DNA from: Blasia pusilla
Lineage: Eukaryota
Direction: 5' to 3'
Assembly (NCBI GenBank): GCA_050084515.1
Contig: CM114271.1
Location: forward strand, 25,110,001 to 25,174,000
DNA length: 64,000 nucleotides
Shown: in pieces, positions 13,401 through 24,916 of the stretch
How positions within the stretch are numbered: position 1 is the stretch's first letter
Layout of the letters: the number at the start of each line of letters is the position of its first letter
Position numbers and translations under genes: made by a program
Notes under the pieces: model-generated
What the model saw: only the letters and a program-made list of their open reading frames with translations
What the model was told of the DNA's origin: nothing
The model's database searches: none

Positions 13401-15484
13401 CCCTCGGATACAATCTTACACATCCAAACACAAGGTAAAAATACTGCAAGCTATCGGGTTCCTGCAACCCGTCGGACTCTGACGGATGGCAATTTTGTCA
13501 ACCCATAGGGGTCTAAATCGTAACACACAGATAAGTGTTGCAACCCGTCGGACTCCGACCGGTCGTAATTCTGTAAATCCATCGGAGTCCAAATCGTAAC
13601 ACAGAGATAAATGTTGCAACCCGACGGAGTCCTGACGGGTTGCAACACTTATCTTTGTGTTACACTTATTGCAACACTCTTGAGAGAATTGCAACCCATC
13701 GGAGTCTAACAGGTTGCACTCTCTTTTCATGACTCTTTGGTCCAACCGATCGGTTCCTCTTGATCCTTGGTTTCCAGGTTAAAAACTGCACATATCAACC
13801 CATCGAAGCCCGAAAGGTTGCGTAATGGCCTTGTTAAGCTGGAATTGGACGCCTAAAAGCAAGCTCTCAGACTCCGACCACATGCCATTGGGGCCAAATG
13901 CAACCCATCGGAGTCCGACAAGTTGCTTGCGGCCAAAAGTATCCAAAAATAAGCAGACAGTCCAACAACTCGTCAGACTCCGACGAGTTTCTTTTAGGCG
14001 TCCGATGATTTGTTACCTCTCATTGTGCAACTCGTCGGAGTCCGACGGATTGAAGAAAAAATAAATCATGCAGTCATTTTTCCACCCATCGATGTTCGAC
14101 TTGGTTCAATATCCCGTATTAATGTGGTGTGCTTGGCCAGCAGGCAACGGGTCGGACTCCGACGGTTTGCTTGACTATGACATTGACCACAAACAGGATG
14201 GTGGCAAGAGACTCAAATCATTCTTGCCCATCTTTAAGCTTTCCAATTATGCAACCCGTTGGACACCGACGAGTTGAAGCAATCAAACTTAAGGAAGAGG
14301 AAACTTACGTATTCATCGCATGCATTGCCATTTCCACCATTGCCATGTGATGAGGAAATGGATGGAGCACAACTGCCTTCACAAAAAAATGCGCCTCCAA
14401 TGAATTTGGACGCTCCTCTACAAACAGTGTCCACGCCATGTACTTGTGGTTTCCATCCCAGATGAAGAAGTAAAGGTTCCGCATCCAGCTAAATTGGGTT
14501 CCTTCAATCGCTCATCCTCCAGAAAGTATCCAACGCCTCCAAGTCCTCTTCCGTCACCAGAGCTTGGGTTCCATGTTCATTGTAAGGCTAAACATAGAAC
14601 GGAGGGAAGCTGTCAACGTAGGATGCAGTCGTTGTCGACTGTTTGAGCTTTGCAATGTCCTCCGACTGAATTTCGCGAACATACTCCATTGTCCATAATC
14701 AACAAAGTGGAATTCTTGGGCCTTCTAGCCCTCCATCAATGCCATCTGCTTAACAACCTGCCACAATGGGGACCAAGTCAATATAATACAGTGTTTTGCC
14801 AATGAATTGCAAAATGAGCCTTCACATAACCCGAATTTTTCTTACCCGCTCAAAGATTGGGTCGGCGTCCAGGCCCGCCAGCTACTCTAGGACAACAACT
14901 GGCAAGTCCACGGGAAACTCATTGATCCGATAATGGTTGATTTCTTCCACTGGGCTCAAAGACGACGAAGACTCTTCTCCTGCTTCTTCAGAGATGTCCA
15001 CCATCTCCACACTTGCTGTCCTCATGACCTCATCGTCTGTCACTTGAACTTCCGCCGTTTCCTCAGCCGATTTTAGATTCATGGTGTCCCCTGACCTCAT
15101 CGGAGACATTTCCTGCATCTCAACACTCTCTCTTGGACGGGCAGGGCTTTCTTCAATGGCGATTGCTTTTTCCCTTTGAGCTTTCACCAATTCTGCTCTC
15201 CTGATGGAGGCCTCAAGACGCTTCTTCTCGCATTTCTCGTCCACGACTCTTTTCTTCAAGGCCTTTGATGCCTCAGCCTCGGCGTTTTTCTTAGCGAGCT
15301 CCTCTAGAACACGTTTTGCTAGAACCTCCTGCCTCTGCATATCTGCTTCCCTTTCCCGCTCCTCTATTTCTTGTTGCCTTATCTCATTCGCTGAACGAGG
15401 ACCTGGAGATGGTGACGCAGGAGTCCTAATGGACTTGGGAGTGATGCTCCCTACCTTGGTTTCTTGTGTTTTCTTTCTCGTCAT
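10468..15484 (-). pseudogene. Four-exon gene: charged N-terminus + ParB/Srx-like domain + beta-class N6A/N4C DNA methyltransferase (disrupted, motif I deleted)
   Basis: Inferred exons 15484-14846, 14757-14309, 13443-11376 and 10761-10468, all with GTAAG donors and CAG acceptors. Exon 2 encodes VREIQSEDIAKLKQS...PFYV...YFFIWDGNHKYMAW (14431-14472), a ParB DGNH(R/K) motif. Exon 3 encodes VDLLIADLPFG (DLPF at 11638-11649) and YMSDKGCFLV. Confidence 0.72.
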
Positions 15485-15894
15485 GGTGCACGTTGGGTCA
15501 GTTCTTCCTCCTCGACAGTCTAATCTGCTCATGTGCAGGATATATCCCTCAAAGCATTTCGTGATGAAGCGCCGTGATCCTAAACCCAACTCTGTTAGCG
15601 TTTCGTGATGAAGCGCCGTGACCCTCCAGCCGATGGGCTTGCCGAAATCAAACCCTAGAAGCCTCGGGTGCTGGATCGTCTGTAACCTTCCAACGAAGGG
15701 ATGAATGTAACCAAGTTTGGCAGCGGAAAGGTAACGTTAACAGCTGCGAGGAAGAGCACATGAAATCGTGAAATGAAAAACAGAAATGAGCAAAATCTTA
15801 GCCTTTTATACTTTTTGAGCCATTGAGCTGACCATTGGGTCGTTGGGTTGTACCGACGGTGATGTGTCGGCCGTTATGGAACTTTGCACGTGGG

Positions 15895-16162
15895 AACCCA
15901 AGCAACCCGTCGGTCTCCAACGGGTGACATGCTTCCCTCATCTTGGGGATGCAAGGCGAGGTACCCAGGCAACATGTCGGAGACCGACGGATTGCACTCT
16001 TCCCTTGTCGTTGGGGTAACAAAGCGAGGTACCCAGGAAACCCGTCGGAGACCGACGGGTTGCACGCTTCCCTCATCTTGGGGTAACAAGGTGAGGTACC
16101 CGGGCAACCCCTCGGAGACCGACGGGTTGCACACTTCCCTCGTCCTCGGGTAACAAGGCGAC
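15895..16162. repeat. ~68-bp tandem repeat x4, each unit holding one palindrome, in the divergent intergenic region
   Basis: Units start ACCCA/GG at ~15895, 15963, 16031 and 16098, each with CAACCCGTCGGAGACCGACGGGTTGCA-like cores and GGGGTAACAAGG.GAGGT tails. Confidence 0.85.
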
Positions 16163-16835
16163 AAAGCATAGTCCTGAGGAAACCAATGGATTACAAGGTC
16201 TACCCTCGGTTGGACACTTCCCACCATACAGGAAAAATTGCACTCACGATTTGCACAGTTCATTGGACAAGAGAAATCGACGCGAGATTCCCCTTGCAAC
16301 CCGGTTACCTCCAAAAGGGAGAGCGAGGTTAGGTGCCTTTCCAACCCGTCGCAGTCCCCAAAGGGTTGCCGTAGCAAATCCATGCAAGGTCTTGTGGATC
16401 TCGACTCCAATCAGACAGGTCAAACATGCAAAGGGTACTAATCCAACAGACTCCGACGGGTTGCAAGTTGGACTCTGACTCTAATAGAAGATGGTAGTCC
16501 GTGGCTTTGCAACCAACGTGTCTGAGTTCCAAAATTTGCAACCTATTGGACTCCAACAAGTTGCAACAGGATTGAATCCATTGCATCAAAAAATCTCACC
16601 TACCAAACAGCATCTTGTCAGTCAAATTCTATAAGGAGAATAAGGGTCAAAATTCACTATAAATTAAACATTCTCATTCTCATTCCCATTCTTATTCTTA
16701 TTCCTATTCTCATTCTCCATCCAGTGGAATAATCTGGGAATGGATAATTATGTGAAACTCACTTGTGGCAATCATCTAGCGGCCCTTCCTCAATAAGAAA
16801 TAATTCAACTACAAGCTCGTGAGTCTTACATACCA

Positions 16836-19800
16836 ATGGATGAAAATTTCCTCTCTGTCGGATTTCTTCTCCAAATTGGAACAATCTTTGTTTCCAAGGA
16901 TGTTAGGGTGGACAGTACGGAGGATGTTGTAGGTGAGATAGTCCAGCCAGTGATAGCAGATTGTAAAGTATGGAATCTCCTACCTCTAAAAAATGGTCAA
17001 TACAGAGTTTATGGCTTGCCTTTGAATTCCTCTGTTTCCCAAGTAGACGGTCCGGAATTTCCTAGTGCATCGAGCTCTACGTTTGCCACTCCCAACTTAA
17101 TAGATCCGGCATCGACTCTAGCTTCACATGTTCGTAACAATGTTGTACTTCCTGAAGATATTCCGGACGTCGTCAACCTCAGTGGATCTGTCAGACACCA
17201 ACAGGGCCCTCTGTCTGCCTACTCATTCCTCTTGCGAGTATCAGGCAATAGTTTGCTGTCGTCTTTGCCCTTTAAAATGTTCAAGCACATTCTTGTCGAC
17301 GAGCTGCCGCCCACATATGATAGTAATTGCATTTTTTAGGAACCTCCACTTGCTGGTCCTGCTCCAAAGAAAGATGGAGGATGCTTGAAGGGTATGGACA
17401 GAAAGTCTGATTGTCATCAATGGCGCAGGCTTCAACGGACTAGTGCTTCAATTCCAGATGGTCCTTAGATTGTTTCTCTCCGCCAATGCGTTGGAGCCCT
17501 GGAGTGTAGAAGTCCAGCTAGCCCGTATCTAGAGCACAATGGGCGAGTCAATACGTTGCAATTCTCCCCAAAGAATGCAGAAACTCCATATGAGGTCGGT
17601 GCGACCATATCGCAGGAGGCCATCAATGTCCTCATTGTCAAGCATCCCCTTTCTGCGTTGGAGTGTGTCGTGCATACATATTTTTCATTGTGCACGACTT
17701 CAATTCTACGACCGAGTACACTTGGCTGGCAGTTCATGTTGGCTCCCACATTCATCCTGTTACTGGTGCAATTCAGAGACACATCAAGGAGGATGTGGCA
17801 AAGAAATTGTCCGAGGTATATAGAAACTCTCCGGGATCAAAGCCCAGAGTGATCAAGTTAACAACAACATCACAAATTTGTGAACAATTGCTTGAAATCC
17901 TTGGATAGAGCGAGATCACGACTGTTGAGGAGAAACAACAATGGGAAAATCTCGCATTTCTCGCTGATCCTGAATGCTTCCGAAGTTTGATCCATCAAAT
18001 ACGGGTACTGGATGGAAAGATGGCCGAAATGGATGCCATTTCCAAAATCAAGGCCAATTCCAGATTTCCATTTATTCAGACATGGCAGTTCATGGGCCAG
18101 GGAGGTGAAGGATCCAGAGCTTATGTCTTCAAAATGTCAACGACAGGGCTGTCGAGTGGCCTCGATCTTATAGATCGAATGAGGGAAGGGGGAGATCTTT
18201 ACGGTAGTTGGGTAAGCTTTGATATTTGCTACAGAGTGTTGAATGGATGGTTGACCATGGGTGCTCACGTTTATGACCATGTGGAGAAGGGACTCAAAAC
18301 TATATTTTTCTGTGAGGTAAAAGCCGAAGATGTTGGCAGTTTGAAGATGGGTTCGTTACTCTTATTGGAGGTGGTGAAGGAAAACAAAAGGCTTCCTCCG
18401 GAAATTTATGGATTCATGGCGGACAATGCACAACCAGGGTGGATTGCTATCAAGGAAGTGTTCTGGGGTGAAGAGGTTCAACCAGAGAGGGAAAGGTCGG
18501 ATGCTTTCCATTGGCAACAATCTGTGACCCCGTACACCAAATCTTGCATCAAGGAGAATAAGAGGACAAAGCATGTCACTCTACTCCAACGCTGCAAGGA
18601 CAACAAAACCTTGAAACAAGCCATGGAGTGCCAAGAAGAACTTTATGGGTGGTGGAGGAAGCATGCGATTGAGGGGAAGTACAAAGAGTTGTGCTCTTGG
18701 ATGAGTTGGTGGACTGTACAAATGAGACAATGGGGAAACTTCATGCGACAGGTGAGTTCAGTATCTCGTCCTGTCGAGCTCATGCTGAGAATTGTTTGAA
18801 AAGTTGCAACTCAAGTTGAGAAGCGTGGGCACTATAGGGATTTCAAACCGAAGAAACCAAGCAGCCCGTCGGATGCGACAGGTTGCCTGAGTGTGCAACC
18901 AGTCGGAAACCGATGGGTTGCATCAAGAATGTTTGTGTTCCTTGTCGGAGCGTGACATCATGCACGAGGAATGTTTCTGCAACCCGTAGGAATCCGACTG
19001 GTTGCATGAGTGTGCAACGTGTCGAATCCCTACGGGTTGTAAGTTGCATGCATACAAGGCCAGCAAATAGTTCGACCCGGATGGGTTGCAAGCCGCAAGG
19101 CTGCGAGTTAACTCGGTCTACGACTTGTCAAATTCCGACAAGTTGCATCTATCTGCAACCTGTGGGATTCCGACTAGTTGCATCTATATGCGACTCTTGG
19201 CATTCATACAGGTTGCGGCTCTCTCCAAGTCGCATCTAGACACGTTGAATCAGCTCAAGTAAATTGGAACCCGTTAAATTCCAATACTTGCAAAGCTTTG
19301 TGTGTGGATACTTCTTGCAAGCCAACGGAATTTGACAGGTTACACAAGGATTTTCGAGACCGAACCGGCCTGCTTCTCACAACCCGTCCGATTCCGACGG
19401 GTTGCAGTAGCAGGTTCGTGGGAACTAGGTTGAAGTAAAAGGTTACTGGGACATTCGAGGGAAGTCTCTGACTTGCAACCCATTTAAATTGGAGGTTGGA
19501 AAATCCATGTGCGATTCGTCGGATTCCCATGACTTGCACTTGGATCTTCCAGCCCAGAGTTACTTGCAACCCGTCTGAATCCGACGGGTTGCAGTAGATG
19601 GTTCTTGGGTGTTGCAATACATCGTAAACCAACGAATCGCAGAATCATTCATGGGATGCCTCCGACTTGCAACCCGTCTGGTTCTGACATGTAGCTTTTT
19701 TCTTTGCTCATAGAGCTATTTTCGTTCCCTTCTCACATTGCCATCATTGCAGGGATTGAACATTCATGAAAATATCCTCTGCCCCAACACAAGTGGAGGA

Positions 19801-21280
19801 GAAAGTGTTCATTCCTCCTGGAGGTCATCATAAGCATGCCAAAGAATTTCACTTGTGGAGGCATGCCAACAGACCAGGCAAGAGCAATGCTACAATTTGC
19901 AGTATCCCATATCTTCCTCACAAAAGGCATAACAAAAGTAAGGGGGCCTTCGATTTACGAGCTCTATGTCAAGGCGGTTGTGAGATATATTGATGAGGAA
20001 CTCTATGTGGAAGCCTTCAATCGGTGCGTAGTAAGAACTCCCCTCGAGCAAGATGTACACATTGGTGGGGATATTCGTGGGCGTGTTTCAAGACGTCCCA
20101 CACAAATGGTGGTAGAGCAGTCCGAGCGAGACTCGTGGAGACCATATAAGTATCTTGACTTCAGGCAAGTGAAGAGGCACCATCGAGGAACAAACCCGGT
20201 GATTGATTTGGATGAAGAAATTACGCCGCCTAGGTAGTCGGAGACCTAGATTGATCCCAAATCCATGATGCAGTAACTTTTCCAAAATCAGTGAATGTTT
20301 TATTTCAAAAGCCCTCCATTGCTGGAAGTTTGCAACATCCGGTCGTTGAAAGTTTGCAACATCTGGTCGCTAGGGTGGTTCAGCAGTATGGGATTCGGTC
20401 ATTGAGGTGGATTGCAACCTCAAAAGATGGCATATATCTTGGAGCAACCCTGGACGTGGACCCACTTGCAGGGCAGGATTAGATGGCATTAGGAGAGCAT
20501 GCGGCACATTCCTAAATAAGAATTGTACAAGGACTAGACAACCACTGCCTAGATTCTGGGGACTCAAAACCTTTGATCGTTTCACAAGGACCAGGGATCA
20601 ATTGAAGTACTTCTTCTGCCCAAATGAATCCTACGCTTTCCGAAAGTCTTATCCGACTACCATTTGAGCTCCTAGGAATACCCCCATGATTTGGCCCATT
20701 GCCGCAGGTACGAATTGCACTTAGGACGAAGTGGACAATCTTACAAGTGTTGGTTTCAGAGTCGTAGACGAAGGAATTTTGGAGCATGTTCGCATTACAG
20801 AGACCTTCGCATTTCGTATTCAACCCAAGATTGATGTCAACATGTATTCGGAGAAGGTGGATGATCTCAATCCACTATTTTTGTTTGAGTTTAGAAATGG
20901 GGTGAAGAGAAATAGAATGTGTAGGCCAACGGTGGAGAGAGCAAAGCGAATCGCATCAGCTTGGGAGGCAAACATAGAAATCATCGCCACAAAAGATGTC
21001 CAGAGTGGCAATGGAATAGGAAGGATGCATTGGGTCAGGAACAACACTGTAAATTCAACTCTCACAGGGGTGTATGTGGTGCACATCTGTTGCTTTCCCA
21101 CATATTCCTGTGATAACTTTGTCCAAAGAGAGACAAGTGGAAAATGTATTTCCCTTGTAAGCACATGTACTATGAGTTGCTTGTAGTTTTAAGAGAGTCG
21201 GAGATAGGAGTAGGAATCCACCAACCAAATCTATCCCTTAAAGAAGTGTGAAGTATTTTAAACAAACCACTTTGAGGATG
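16836..21280 (+). pseudogene. Mutator-like DDE transposase with N-terminal GCM/WRKY-like Zn domain and C-terminal SWIM finger (stops and frameshifts)
   Basis: DCHQW...RQCVGALEC...N..QF...HVGSHIH at ~17410-17760. D at 18221 (WVSFD), D at 18422 (FMADNA), (C/D)xxH motif DAFH at 18500. Phase-0 intron 18752-19752, then E at 19801 (PNTSGGESVHSSW). SWIM-like YVVHI...SCDNF...CKHMY at ~21070-21170. Confidence 0.8.
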
Positions 21281-24200
21281 TAAAATGAGGTCTTAGATTG
21301 TACTTTCATTTGCCAGAACCTTCACTTTGAGCTTGAACTCTATGCAGCCCAAGGCAAATGACAAATTTTTTCCAGACCTTGGTTGGAAAAAGTGATTTGT
21401 TCCACATTTATGATTCCACTGATTTTTCAATTTTTAAAATTTTGTGCAAATTGCAACCCGTCGGATTTAGATGGGTTGCCAAAATGTGGAAGATGAAAAA
21501 AAAATCTGTCGGAGTGCCTAAGCACTGAGAACAACAGTGCAAAAAAATTCACAAAAAAGTTTTGAGTACTCTCTTAAAAAAAAGTATCTCTTTGGGTTAA
21601 AGGTAGTTTCCTCTCTCCTCTCTCCTCTCTTCTCTCTTCCTCTCTTCCTCTCCTCTAAGCGCTCCTTCGGCGCGACGTAGCAGGAAGCGCGGTGCGAAAG
21701 AGGACGACGTGAGGCTAGACCAGACGGAAGCGACTCTGAGGGCCCAACCCGCCGGATGCAGCGTCTCAGCAATGGCGGCAGGGTTGGCGGCATCCTGGGG
21801 ACCAGTGTGGCAAGGGTTCAGGCTAGTGCGGCAGCAACGTAGACGCGGCATTCAAGCAGCGTAAGTTCGGCGGTAGTCGCGGTCGGCGGAGGCTCGGCGG
21901 CTGTGTAGAGGCGGCTCGTCCACGGGCCCCCCTTTCCCCCAAATTTGTTTTTTCCACTAAAATGACCCCTTGAAAACCCGGATTTCTCTATTTTTTCCTC
22001 TTACTTGATTGCCCCCCTCTTTACAGATTACAAATAGCATGCTTTACCACAAATCCCTCCTAAGATTGAGGGTCAACACCCCCCAAAGATAACTTTTCAC
22101 TCAACTTCTTCCTCAAAGGACATGTGCCCTTGTTCTATTCACTAAGTTAACAATGATTTTTATTTTTCTACCTATCAACAAGGATTTTTACCCAAGGATT
22201 TTGGAAAGTTCACTCACACCTTAGAACGGTGGCTATGGCAGCCCAATAAAACTTGTCCTAACTTGGCGCTCACCTACTCAAATTGTGCATTGGTTCTTCC
22301 ACAACGTGCACAACTTCCCGATCTACGACGGTGTTAAATCAATTTCTTCATTTGATCTCCCAACAAAAATTGGCAGGGACTGTCGTGCAGCCCATCGTCT
22401 CTTTCTCCTACGCAAAATTTGGCAGTGCTTCTTTGGTGATTTCTTCCAACACCAACTTCAACCTGTAAAATACAGAAGCCATAAAGCTACACACTGCTCC
22501 CAAGAGCACCGGCATGGGTAATTTTCCCCCACACTCAAATTCTACCAAAATTTGGGCAGCACTTCCATGCGTCCCTCTCTCGTACGAAAAAAGTCAAAGG
22601 AAAATATCAAACTGACTGACTCTTGCTCCCAAGAGCACTCCCATGAGTCATGAAGCAAGGAACACGGTCCCTAACCTGCAAACACAACAAAAATGTAGCA
22701 AGTTCCCGCATTGTAGCTCTCATTCTCTCTTGTAAAGTACGCTCGGATCTCTCTCAACACCATCTCACACCATAGCTCTCAAAGGTGTGCACTCTCTCTC
22801 ATGTCAAACCAAACCCACTCTCCTTATAAGAGCCTTGGATTACACTCACAAGGCAAGGGACCATAGCTCCGCCGTCTCATGCCATGAGGTTCAACAAAGA
22901 GAGAATGAGCTCTGTCATGACCATACGGATTATGTCGTAGAGTATAGTGTGCTAGTAGAGGCCATACCTTATGTAGAGCCGTAGTGTCTAGATAGAGATG
23001 CAGTTTCATACATAGGGTTTGGGGTGACTAAGTTGAGGGTGACTTTTCCAGTAGAGCCCGCTCTTAGGTTGGAGGATATAGTGTGGAGTGCACTCAAAGA
23101 ATATTTAGTTCTTTGAGTTGAGCCTGTTGCGTTGGGAGTTAGCCTTGGTAGTGAGTAGAGCTCTTGGCTATGGTGGTTCTCGCAAGCTTCGACTTGGATT
23201 ATCCCATCGTGGAGTGGGTTTGGCTCGATTGTATGTGATTCTATACGTGTTTTATGACAGTAGAAATTTCACGGATTTCACTCAAAGAACTAGAGTAGAT
23301 CGATGGTAACTTCGATTGTGGATCAGTAGGATCTGGTTAGGGCTTATTGTGTACTCAACCGTGGATTTTCATGGCTTGTGGCCTATTTTGGAGGTAGGAA
23401 TCTGATGCATGGTTGGTTGGGAAAGAAGTGCCTTGTTGAGAGCTTTCCAACGTGCTTTAGATGCCAGATTCCGTCAAGGGAGTTGGAAGTTATCAAGGAT
23501 TGAAGATTATGGTTCGTGTTTGACGGTTTTCTGATGTGGAGAGCTTGGAGTGCGGAAGCTCTGTTGAAGTTCATCAAGATCGGGTGAGACGTTCCTATTG
23601 CTACTTATATTGTGATCTCATGTGAAGCTATCTGCTTGAGTGTGTGGAGCATTGCGGATTTCTGCGTGTATGAATCTGGGCGGAAGCACTGTCGGATTTG
23701 TGATTCTGGAGGTGTATGGACATTAAGTTTGCCTGATTTTTAGCTCAGAGTACAGAGCTTGATTGTAGCTTTTTTTTTGTGGAGAGATAGCTATGGTGAT
23801 ATATTGAATTCTGGTTTAAATAGATTCAATTTTGGTTGGGGATTTGTGGAGTAATTGCTGATCGAAATTTTGAAGAGTAGCTCAAGGACTAGCTATGGTG
23901 GACAGCAGATCGGAGGGGCTGGTTGGTTGGTGATTCGTCCGTTGTTGGAGAGGCCTATCCCATTGGGGGCGCCCTGGTTGGGCCTCTCTCCATAGCAAAG
24001 CATGGCAAAGCGTGGCAAATGGGGCATGTCTCGAGCATTTCTCGGCGTTCCGAGGCTTCGAGGCAACTCGTGGTAGCTCGGGGCGAGTGGGCGTGAGAGG
24101 CGGAGTAAGGAGCAAGGAGCAAGCAAGCAAGCTTGCTTGCTTGGTTGGGCGTGAGGCAGTTTTTGCAGGATTTGTGATTTTAGTGTTGCATAACTGGTCA

Positions 24201-24916
24201 TCCATCTTTGGGCTATTCTGCCTGGAAGACATTTAACTGCTGAGTTCTTAACTATGCCAGTGTACATATTGGTGTAGCTCATTTGGTGTTGTTCGGAGAG
24301 GTGTTAGGCGGTTTATGCATCTCAATTTTTTGGTTGATGGACCTCTAGCACATAGTATGGTGTAGCCTCTCCATGCAGGTGATATTTTCAAGTGCTGCGA
24401 GTCCGACTAGCACGTCATCGACCCGCGGCGGAGTAGCTATTGCGTTAGAATTGTGTGGTGGAATCTGTGGATTCAGGGGGCGCCATGTTTGGTGGATTAT
24501 GTTACCTTGATTTCCATTTGTGATTGGAGGGTTGTCGTTGGACTTTCTGTGTTTGGATCCCCTCCATCGTTGCTTCTTGCTTGCGCGCCCATTGTTAGGG
24601 TTGACGCTGATTTCGAGTAGTGTTATACGTGTGCTGCTCTTTTGGTAGTGAGGCTGGAGTGATGACTAGTAGACCGTGGGAGGCTTCTTGTGGTGATGAC
24701 AGGTTAGGTTGCCTACACCCATAGCTAGTAGAGCTAGAATAGTACAACGACATCGACGTCACTTGGTTACTTAGTGGTGGTAATTTGGTGGTGGTGCGGC
24801 ATCGGCGTTGGTCATCACGGAACTGTCTCGTGGTCTGGTTGGGGATCGTGGTGCGGATAATGGTGGTTTTACATGGAGTGGATTGAGGTATCGGCTACCT
24901 CTTCCACTTCCGACAG

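Larger units (their letters stand above)
4539..21480. repeat. Dispersed palindrome family TGCAACCCGTCGGA-N-TCCGACGGGTTGCA (dozens of copies)
   Basis: Clusters at ~4540-4750, 6895-7230, 10055-10325, 10810-11335, 13460-14280, 15895-16570, 18860-19690 and 21452-21480. Many variants are C>T or G>A changes. Confidence 0.92.
9780..21665. mobile_element. Giant Mutator-like (MULE) DNA transposon, left end missing, with divergent ParB-MTase and transposase genes
   Basis: MULE-type transposase on +, ParB-MTase gene on -, palindromes throughout non-coding parts. The right end CTCTCTTCCTCTCTTCCTCTCCTCTAAGCGCTCC resembles the ends at 4490 and 9597 and abuts unrelated retrotransposon sequence. Confidence 0.7.

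Noticed and set aside
10468-15484. Bacterial or phage contamination explaining the ParB-MTase
   Set aside because: The gene has GT-AG introns, one at the same position in both copies, and is contiguous with eukaryotic transposons.
18860-19690. CRISPR-like array of palindromes with variable spacers
   Set aside because: Spacing is irregular, repeats are degenerate, the array sits in a spliceosomal intron and there are no cas genes.
22913-23259. TGTCATGA...TTATGACA as a conventional 347-bp LTR
   Set aside because: A1/A2 identity extends 21 nt further to the PBS, A2 is not preceded by the PPT, and the TSD lies after B2, not after A2.
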